64,000 bases of DNA from a virus: positions 1 through 64,000 of the IMG/VR virus record IMGVR_UViG_3300033816_000195; one strand, written 5' to 3'. Of the stretch, positions 1-7,436 are shown piece by piece; position 1 is the first letter of the stretch; each line of letters starts with the position of its first letter. A program made the translations under genes and the position numbers. The notes beneath the pieces are model-generated. The model saw only the letters and a list, made by a program, of their open reading frames with translations, was not told where the DNA came from and made no database searches.

Positions 1-43
1 TAAAAAGTTTGATTATAAGAAGTTTATGGACACGCAAGCATAA
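1..43 (+). CDS. 3' end of an upstream gene (…KKFDYKKFMDTQA*)
   Basis: Open frame from base 2 to TAA at 41-43, followed by a terminator hairpin. Truncated by the window edge. Confidence 0.5.
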   Translation, partial: KKFDYKKFMDTQA

Positions 44-61
44 ACATTTACAGTTAGTTTG

Positions 62-95
62 AAAGAGGGTGGGTACCAAACACCCTCTTTTTTAT
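62..95 (+). terminator. Rho-independent terminator
   Basis: Perfect 10-bp stem AAAGAGGGTG-(GGTACCAAA)-CACCCTCTTT followed by T-rich sequence. Confidence 0.8.
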
Positions 96-133
96 TTATT
101 AAAATGGGGGAACAGCTTAACTGAACTAATCTT

Positions 134-2032
134 ATGAAAACACATTGGGTACATGACTATGAAACAATGGCTAACTTATTTGTAGCCGTGTTTGAAGATG
201 TAAAATCTAAAGACAGAAAAATATTTATCTGTCACAAAGCAAAAAATGATATAGAAGAACTAGTTAATTTCTTAAACAGAAATAAAAACTTTAATGAATG
301 GCATGTAAGTTTTAATGGTCTTGGTTTTGACAGTCAGATTACTGAATATATACTAAGAAAACAAGTAGACTTATGTAACATGTCTGGTGAAGAAGTAGCA
401 AAGTATTTATATGGTAAAGCACAAAATGTAATATCAAGACAAAATGCAGGTGAGTTTCTAGAATTTAGTCCACGGGACCTACAGATAAGACAAGTAGATG
501 TGTTTAAACTTAATCACTGGGACAACCCAGCAAAAAGATCTAGTCTTAAATGGATACAGTATACTATGGATTGGAAAAACATTATGGATATGCCTATTCA
601 TCATACTACTGAAGTAGAAGAAGACCAGATTCCGGATATTGTTAGTTACTGTATTAATGATGTTAAGTCTACTAAACAGATTATGCATCTAAGTAAGGAG
701 CAAATTAATTTAAGAAGAGCTCTAACTGAAGAGTATAACATAGACTTATTCTCTGCTTCTGAACCTAGAATATCTAAAGAATTGTTCTTACATTTTTTGA
801 GTAAACAAACTGGAATAAAAAAAGCTGAGTTAAGACAAATGAGAACTCAGAGAAACCAAATAATATTTAAAGATATAATCCTTCCTTATATTGAATTTAA
901 GACAGCTACATTTCAAAACCTTTTAAAAAAGTTTCAGGACGTAATATTATATCCTGGAGAAACCAAAGGTGGTTTTAAATATTCTGTTCAGTACAAAGGT
1001 GTTAAAACAGATTATGGTCTTGGTGGTATTCACGGTGCTAGAACTAGCAAAGTATATAATGCTACTGATGATATGATTATTATGACTTCAGATGTTACTA
1101 GTTTCTATCCTAATCTAGCTATTAGAAATGGATGGTCTCCGGCACATTTACCTAAAGTAGAATTCTGTGAGCTATATGAATGGTTCTTTGAAGAGAGAAA
1201 GAAAATTCCAAAGAAAGACCCTAAGAACTATGTATACAAGATTATTCTAAACTCAACTTATGGTTTATCTAATGATGAGAATAGTTTCTTGTATGACCCG
1301 CAGTTTACTATGAGTATTACTATTAATGGTCAGTTGTCTTTAACTATGTTGTATGAGATGATTTGTGAAGAGATACCAAATGCTATTCCTCTAATGCAGA
1401 ATACAGATGGTCTTGAAACTATAATTCCAAGAGAATATGTAGATAAATACATGGAAATTTGTGAAAGATGGGAAAAGATTACTAATCTACAACTAGAACA
1501 TGACAAGTACTCTAAGTTAGTATTAGGTGATGTAAATAATTACATAGCAGTTACTGAAGATGGTAAGTCTAAATGTAAAGGTAGATTTGAGTATAAAGAT
1601 CTAGCTCTTCATAAAAACAAAAGTTTCTTGATTATTCCTAAAGCACTACATGCATACTTTGTTGAAGGTATTAAACCTGAAAAGTTTATAGCTGAAAATT
1701 TAAACATTTTTGATTTTTGTGGTGGTGTTAAGATCAAAGGAGATTGGAAATTTTATAAACATGAAATAGTTTCCGGAGATTTTATACTAGAAGAATTACA
1801 AAATACTATTAGATATTATATATCCAATAAGGGTTGTAAGGTTATCAAGAAGAATAATGAGGACTCTAGAGAAATACAAGTAGAGGCTGGAAGATGGTTG
1901 CAAAAACTATATATAAATGCTGATGAGAAAGCATTTGAAGACTATGATATTAATTATGATTACTATTTAGAGAAGATTAAGAAAGAAATTAATTCTCTAG
2001 AACCAAATACAAATCAATTAAGTTTATTTTAA
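134..2032 (+). CDS. polB: DNA polymerase family B (crAss-like PolB) with 3'-5' exonuclease
   Basis: Exonuclease motifs HDYET, FNGLGFD and YCINDV. Polymerase motifs SDVTSFYPN, KIILNSTYG and NTDG. Ends in QLSLF. Confidence 0.93.
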   Translation: MKTHWVHDYETMANLFVAVFEDVKSKDRKIFICHKAKNDIEELVNFLNRNKNFNEWHVSFNGLGFDSQITEYILRKQVDLCNMSGEEVAKYLYGKAQNVISRQNAGEFLEFSPRDLQIRQVDVFKLNHWDNPAKRSSLKWIQYTMDWKNIMDMPIHHTTEVEEDQIPDIVSYCINDVKSTKQIMHLSKEQINLRRALTEEYNIDLFSASEPRISKELFLHFLSKQTGIKKAELRQMRTQRNQIIFKDIILPYIEFKTATFQNLLKKFQDVILYPGETKGGFKYSVQYKGVKTDYGLGGIHGARTSKVYNATDDMIIMTSDVTSFYPNLAIRNGWSPAHLPKVEFCELYEWFFEERKKIPKKDPKNYVYKIILNSTYGLSNDENSFLYDPQFTMSITINGQLSLTMLYEMICEEIPNAIPLMQNTDGLETIIPREYVDKYMEICERWEKITNLQLEHDKYSKLVLGDVNNYIAVTEDGKSKCKGRFEYKDLALHKNKSFLIIPKALHAYFVEGIKPEKFIAENLNIFDFCGGVKIKGDWKFYKHEIVSGDFILEELQNTIRYYISNKGCKVIKKNNEDSREIQVEAGRWLQKLYINADEKAFEDYDINYDYYLEKIKKEINSLEPNTNQLSLF

Positions 2033-2033
2033 A

Positions 2034-3191
2034 ATGCCAAAGAAAATACAAAACACAACAAAGGCACATTTAGTTAGTGTGCCTTTACCAAATCATGCTG
2101 CTACTTATACTGTTATAAGTCACCAGTTTGTTATTGATTATGCTTACCAATCCCTTGCTGCTGCAGGGTTTGGTATTGTAGATGAGGAGTACAGATGTAC
2201 TGCTGATGGACAGATTGCTCAAGGAATTTATAAGTTAAATTTTAATAATGACCCTGAGTTGTCAATGATGTTTGCTTGGACAAACAGTTATAATAAACAA
2301 GTAAAGTTTAAATGTGTAGTTGGTGCTTATATAAATAAGACAGGTGGTGTTATGATTTCTGGAGAAGTTGGTAGCTGGGTTAGAAAACATACTGGTTCTG
2401 CAGATACAGAAACAAAAGCTACTATTGATGATTATATCACTAATGCTAACATGTATTATAATCAGTTATGTTCTGATAAAGCTGCTATGGAAGTAGTAAC
2501 ACTTAATAAAAGAAAACAATCTCAACTTTTGGGTGTGCTCTTTGCTGAGTATGAAATACTTACTACAGAACAATCTAGTATGGTAAGAGACCAAATGAAG
2601 AAACCAAATCATGTATTTGCTAATACAGATAGTTTATGGGCCTTTTATAATTATGTAACTGATGCATTACAATTATCACATCCTAAGACTTGGATGGAAG
2701 ATCAAAGAATCTTACATTACTTTATAGGAACAATTTGTGATTTTAGTCAAACAGTTCAACCTGTTGCTGTAGTTAGTGAACCAGTTGAGGAAGAACCAGA
2801 AATAATAGATCCTTTATATACTGATCCAAGACAAACTAATATTCTAGATCAAATTGCTGAAGCAGAACTATCTGATAATCAAGTGGTGCAAGAAGACCCT
2901 GAAATGTTAGAGATTGTGCACCAGGTAGAAGAAATACTTGAAACTTTAGATGAAGCTGAGGAAGTTCCATTTGCTCTAGATGAAGATGTAGTATCTTTAC
3001 AACCATCTCCTGAAGATTATGAGCAGTTTGAAAAAGAAGTAATACTTGAGCATAATGATCCAATAGCTAATACTTTTGAAACAGTAGAAGCTACTGACAA
3101 TTTAGATTCAGTATTTGCTGAAGAAGATGATTTTGATCTTGACTTTAATGAAACTGATAATGATTCAGATTCTGCACCTGATTTCTTTTAA
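2034..3191 (+). CDS. DUF932-like phage protein with a long acidic C-terminal tail
   Basis: The N-terminal ~240 aa resemble DUF932/TIGR03299-type proteins (TYTVISH, NSYNK, RKHTG, SLWAFYNYVT). The last ~140 aa are very D/E rich and end in PDFF. Confidence 0.55.
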   Translation: MPKKIQNTTKAHLVSVPLPNHAATYTVISHQFVIDYAYQSLAAAGFGIVDEEYRCTADGQIAQGIYKLNFNNDPELSMMFAWTNSYNKQVKFKCVVGAYINKTGGVMISGEVGSWVRKHTGSADTETKATIDDYITNANMYYNQLCSDKAAMEVVTLNKRKQSQLLGVLFAEYEILTTEQSSMVRDQMKKPNHVFANTDSLWAFYNYVTDALQLSHPKTWMEDQRILHYFIGTICDFSQTVQPVAVVSEPVEEEPEIIDPLYTDPRQTNILDQIAEAELSDNQVVQEDPEMLEIVHQVEEILETLDEAEEVPFALDEDVVSLQPSPEDYEQFEKEVILEHNDPIANTFETVEATDNLDSVFAEEDDFDLDFNETDNDSDSAPDFF

Positions 3192-3195
3192 TTTT

Positions 3196-3229
3196 ATGGG
3201 GATAGTATAAAGCTATCCCCATTTTTTTT
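3196..3229 (+). terminator. Rho-independent terminator
   Basis: Stem ATGGGGATAG-(TATAAAG)-CTATCCCCAT followed by a T run. Confidence 0.85.
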
Positions 3230-3240
3230 ATTTTAGCAGT

Positions 3241-3663
3241 ATGAAAAAACAACTTGAAGCAGTAGAAAAATTCCATAAAGCATTTGGACAAGAAAATGGT
3301 AGATGGCCGAGACCATTAAGTGAGTATGAGTATAATCTTAGACATTCATTAATGAGAGAAGAAAATGATGAATATCTTGAAGCATGTGCTAAGAATTCAT
3401 TAGTAGAAATAGCTGATGCTCTAGGTGATCAGTTGTATATTTTATGCGGTACTATATTAAAACATGGCATGCAACATATTATAGAAGAAATATTTGATGA
3501 AATACAAGCTAGTAATATGAGTAAGTTAGGTGAGGATGGTAAACCTGTACTTAGAGCTGACGGGAAAATATTAAAAGGACCTGGATATTTTAGACCAGAG
3601 TTAAGTAAGTTTATTAAAGTTGAGAAAGATGCATCCAGTAGCATTCAAGAAAGCAATGATTGA
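3241..3663 (+). CDS. MazG-like / PRA-PH family nucleotide pyrophosphohydrolase
   Basis: Motifs FHKAFG, EExxEY, EIADALGD, SNMSK and DGKILKG are typical of the DR2231/PRA-PH-like NTP-PPase family. Confidence 0.85.
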   Translation: MKKQLEAVEKFHKAFGQENGRWPRPLSEYEYNLRHSLMREENDEYLEACAKNSLVEIADALGDQLYILCGTILKHGMQHIIEEIFDEIQASNMSKLGEDGKPVLRADGKILKGPGYFRPELSKFIKVEKDASSSIQESND

Positions 3664-3802
3664 AGCATACTTAGCAGGTGCTAATAGTATGTATTGTGGT
3701 TGTTATGAAAAACAATCTAAAGCAGATGCTGCAGATTGGTTCTATAATCAGTATGGAGAACAAGAGTCAGAGAAATGTGACTGTTGTGAAGAAGATGAAT
3801 AA
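3620..3802 (+). CDS. small hypothetical protein with CxC and CxCC motifs (start may be Met at 3629)
   Basis: Overlaps the end of the MazG-like gene and is followed directly by a terminator. Contains EAYLAG, YCGC and CDCC. Confidence 0.6.
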   Translation: MRKMHPVAFKKAMIEAYLAGANSMYCGCYEKQSKADAADWFYNQYGEQESEKCDCCEEDE

Positions 3803-3806
3803 TTTT

Positions 3807-3835
3807 AGGGGAGCCGTTTGGTTCCCCTTTTTTTT
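3807..3835 (+). terminator. Rho-independent terminator at the convergence of the replication and virion blocks
   Basis: AGGGGAGCC-GTTT-GGTTCCCCT followed by a T run. Confidence 0.85.
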
Positions 3836-3836
3836 C

Positions 3837-3977
3837 TTACCTACCCTGAGCTCTATAAGCTTTTTTATAGTTTTTAGACTTCTTAAGTTTTGAAGTCTTA
3901 GATTTTGCATGTACTCCTGGACGTGATACTTTGTTGCTTTTATAAGCTTTGACTGTTGATGTATTAGTTTTTGCCAT
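3837..3977 (-). CDS. 46-aa basic protein MAKTNTSTVKAYKSNKVSRPGVHAKSKTSKLKKSKNYKKAYRAQGR (absent from the ORF track)
   Basis: ATG at 3977 lies just after the stop of the 1150-aa gene, with TAA at 3837. The RPGVHAKSK…KKxYRxQGR pattern is one I recall from small phage proteins. Confidence 0.75.
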   Translation of the reverse strand: MAKTNTSTVKAYKSNKVSRPGVHAKSKTSKLKKSKNYKKAYRAQGR

Positions 3978-3983
3978 AATATA

Positions 3984-6900
3984 TTAATTAAAGAATGTAC
4001 TTTCAAATGATTTGACTGCTTCTCCTGGTGTAAAATTGTATCCAGAAAAACCCATTAGTTTTAGAAAATAAGCCCAAGATTTATTGTCTCCTTTGTTCCA
4101 AACTCCTGTATCTTTTTGATAACTTAATTTTTCTGGATTCCAAGTAAAAACAAACTGATCTGTAAATTTAATTGCTCTTTCTAATGTACCTGTCATTGCT
4201 GAAGGTGACTTTACAACCCTATATGCATCTATAGGATTAATGTATGAACTTGTTTCACTTCTCATCCTAACAGCCTCATACAAAACAAAATTATATAAAT
4301 AATTATCTCTAGCTGCTTTTTGAGATTCAGTTAATTTATCATCATCATCACCTGTACCCATCATAGATCTAATTAGCATGATAAGAGCTACAGTTGTTAA
4401 AATTATTGTAGCTTCTGCAATAACTCTTCTTATTTGTGCTTTTTCAAATGGAGAATAAGAAGCCCAGTTTTTCATTATATTAAACTTATAGTCTCTTAAA
4501 TCTCTAACAAAAGTTTTATAAAATGTCATATAATAGCCTTCAGTAGGTGCACCTAATTCTTGATCCATACCTAGCTTTTTCCATCTTTTTTTATAAGCTG
4601 GAACTAAGTGTTTTTTATACATTAAAAGTAATCTTCCTAAAGCTCCTCTTTGAGCTGTACCTTTATCAAATTCATTATAGACACCATGCATTCTTTTATT
4701 TAATGCATGTAATCTAGACTGGAAGTTTAGTCTTTGTTTTTCATCATAATTAAAAGCTATGTATTCTCCAGCATCATCTTTGATTGGTTCTTGGTTTACA
4801 TCTACTTGTAATATTTTTATTTTACCATCAAGTTCAACACCATACTTTTCATGAGCTTGTAATAGAGTTATTATTTCTCCATTTTCATTATCTAATACTT
4901 TAGTAGCATCCATTAGTGCAAACATAGTACTACCCTGTACTTCATGTTCACCAAAGAACTGATTAAAGAATAAAGTATTTGTACTAAATAATTTGTTCGC
5001 CATACTACCTGTAATGTTCCTACCATACTGGTCTTTAAAATTACCTTGTATAGCATCATAATAATCAAATAACTTGGTAGCTAAATTAGTTGGAGCAGAT
5101 TTACTAAAGTCTGAAATAAACCCAGGGACTGATTTAGTATAATAAGCTTTTCCTTTCATAAGATTTTTCTTATTAAAGAATTCTCCGGCATTTGCTTCTA
5201 TCATTACTTGAATATTAGCCTGCATATTATTTGCAACACCCTTTAATAAATCTGCTGCAATAGATGTAATAGCAGAATAACCCATTAAATTATTTACAAT
5301 TTTATCTATTTGTAAACCAAATAATTGTTCTGATTTTTGCATTTCTCCATATACAACCATATCTATAAAAGCATCCACATGTTTTTGAGAATAACTTTCA
5401 CCATTCTTTTTTATATATTCCTCATAACCTAATTTTTTTGCAAATGCATCTAACACAGGTTTACCAAGAGAATTAGTTTTTAAAACTTGTCTATCACCTA
5501 TAACAGTTTGGAATAAAGAAATTTCAGAGTTTATTTTATTTAATGCTTCGTATCTATTAGCCATTGAGTTAAATAACATTACAGATCTTGCTATATTTAA
5601 ACTCATATCTTCAGTAGGCATTATCTGTGTATAATACACCGGGATAAATTTTGCTTCTGTAATACCTAAACCAGCTAAACCATATTCAGTATCATAAGCT
5701 TGCATCTTTACAGCTTCTCTTGCTTTTGTTTTTACAGTTTTTATAATACCTTCTTGCTGTAATCTTTCACCATCAGTCTTTACTACTGAAGGTAGGATGT
5801 AACCTCTTCTCTGTACTTCCGGTAATTTTTCTTGCGCCTCTAAATATATATCTAACATTTTCTTATGGTACTCACCTTTTGCATTTTTAGGTGTACCATC
5901 TAAATTATATAAGGCTGTCCAGTTAGCATTTAAATAATCATTAGAAGGTTCAGATAACTCTCTCATATAAGTAACTACACCATTTCTTTCATGCTTTACA
6001 CTTTTTAACCAATCTGAATATTCATCATCAGTAATAATTCTTTTAGATAATTCAAGTTGTTTTTCTTCAATTATTTTATTTATTTCTGATATAGGTTTAG
6101 CTTGAGTGTTCTTTTTATACCAAGCAGCTCTTTGAGATCTCCAAGCTTTTAATGCTTGTTTTTCTTCAAATGTAGGTTTATCACTTAAAACAGGTTCTTC
6201 ACCTATTGCTTCAAGCATTTGATTTCTAGCTTTATTAAATTTGGTTACATCATATTTTTGTACAAAAGCATATGTCTTTATGTATTCAGTTTCACCATCT
6301 TTATTCTTAATAGGTATTTCTATAGTTTCATAAATACCTTCATTAAATTTAGCAGGGTTATCTCTATTGCTTTGTGTTCTTAAATAATCTTCAAAAGTTT
6401 CTGCTACAGTACGTTCCATTACTATATCCTTAAGACGGGCTTCTTCTAGTCCACCTTTAATAGCTTTAGCAAATAATCCTAGAGAAGCATCATGAGAACT
6501 AATTAAAGGCCCTACTAAGAAATCAAATACATCTTCATCTTTATTTGCTACTTTAAGCATTTTTATTAAACCTTCTCTATCTAAATTAAAAGACTTAAAC
6601 TTTTCTTTTCTTTCTTCTAATTCAGCTATTCTTTTAGCTTTCTTTTCATCACTTAAATTACTGTTTTCTATATCAGATATTCTTTGATCTAGTACAGTTA
6701 TATCTGATTCTAGCCTGTTAGTAATATCTGGACCTTTATACTCTAATAAAAAGTCTGCAATTAAGGGAATACCTTCTGTTAATACTTTTTGTTTAATAGT
6801 TTCATGTATACCTTTTATCTCAATAATTTTTTGTTGAGGCGTTAAAGGTTGTCCAGGAACTCTATTAGTTATACTATCTGCTGTAAAGTAATTATCTATA

Positions 6901-7436
6901 TCTGCTTTACTTATTTCATCTAGTATAGAATACCCATTAATAAAATCATTTATAGCAGATAATTTTCCTATTACTTCTTTAGGGTCTAGAGTTTCTTTAT
7001 TTTTTAAAAGATAAGCCATTTCTAAAGATGCCTTTCTGGATTTTTCATAAGCATCATCTACAAATAAGTAAATAGATTTAACACCTTCTGCAACCTTTAC
7101 TTCTTCAATAAGATCTCTAAGTTTTTTCTTTTTATATTCTTTATTAGTAATGACTTTATTTTGGAGAGTAGCATATTGTTTTTCAAGATATAATATCACA
7201 CTATCAACTAAGTTACCAAAATCTCTAGGGTCTGATTCTTCTTCATCAGTTTTTGCAGTTTCAGCTTCTTCAGCAAAGTCTTCTGTTTCATCTGAAAATG
7301 TAAGTGTATCTGGAGTACCATCATCTAGAAGATCTTGTTCTAACAACCAAGCTTCAAATGCAGCTGATTCATTACCATTAGCTTCTGCTAAAAGTCTTTT
7401 CCAATCTTCACTATCTTTATTAGGGCAGGCTAACAT
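3984..7436 (-). CDS. large virion cargo/ejection protein
   Basis: 1150 aa and mostly helical in character. Has an N-terminal CPN motif and a hydrophobic segment (IILTTVALIMLI) near the C-terminus. Overlaps the stop of the vRNAP gene. Confidence 0.7.
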   Translation of the reverse strand: MLACPNKDSEDWKRLLAEANGNESAAFEAWLLEQDLLDDGTPDTLTFSDETEDFAEEAETAKTDEEESDPRDFGNLVDSVILYLEKQYATLQNKVITNKEYKKKKLRDLIEEVKVAEGVKSIYLFVDDAYEKSRKASLEMAYLLKNKETLDPKEVIGKLSAINDFINGYSILDEISKADIDNYFTADSITNRVPGQPLTPQQKIIEIKGIHETIKQKVLTEGIPLIADFLLEYKGPDITNRLESDITVLDQRISDIENSNLSDEKKAKRIAELEERKEKFKSFNLDREGLIKMLKVANKDEDVFDFLVGPLISSHDASLGLFAKAIKGGLEEARLKDIVMERTVAETFEDYLRTQSNRDNPAKFNEGIYETIEIPIKNKDGETEYIKTYAFVQKYDVTKFNKARNQMLEAIGEEPVLSDKPTFEEKQALKAWRSQRAAWYKKNTQAKPISEINKIIEEKQLELSKRIITDDEYSDWLKSVKHERNGVVTYMRELSEPSNDYLNANWTALYNLDGTPKNAKGEYHKKMLDIYLEAQEKLPEVQRRGYILPSVVKTDGERLQQEGIIKTVKTKAREAVKMQAYDTEYGLAGLGITEAKFIPVYYTQIMPTEDMSLNIARSVMLFNSMANRYEALNKINSEISLFQTVIGDRQVLKTNSLGKPVLDAFAKKLGYEEYIKKNGESYSQKHVDAFIDMVVYGEMQKSEQLFGLQIDKIVNNLMGYSAITSIAADLLKGVANNMQANIQVMIEANAGEFFNKKNLMKGKAYYTKSVPGFISDFSKSAPTNLATKLFDYYDAIQGNFKDQYGRNITGSMANKLFSTNTLFFNQFFGEHEVQGSTMFALMDATKVLDNENGEIITLLQAHEKYGVELDGKIKILQVDVNQEPIKDDAGEYIAFNYDEKQRLNFQSRLHALNKRMHGVYNEFDKGTAQRGALGRLLLMYKKHLVPAYKKRWKKLGMDQELGAPTEGYYMTFYKTFVRDLRDYKFNIMKNWASYSPFEKAQIRRVIAEATIILTTVALIMLIRSMMGTGDDDDKLTESQKAARDNYLYNFVLYEAVRMRSETSSYINPIDAYRVVKSPSAMTGTLERAIKFTDQFVFTWNPEKLSYQKDTGVWNKGDNKSWAYFLKLMGFSGYNFTPGEAVKSFESTFFN

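Noticed and set aside
3678-4006. Track ORFs 3678-3893 (+) and 3767-4006 (-)
   Set aside because: Both run across the terminator. The region is better explained by 3620-3802 (+) and the 46-aa ORF 3837-3977 (-).
7430-7436. Programmed frameshift/readthrough fusing the giant genes
   Set aside because: No clear slippery heptamer or stimulatory structure is visible. Simple start/stop overlaps explain the junctions.
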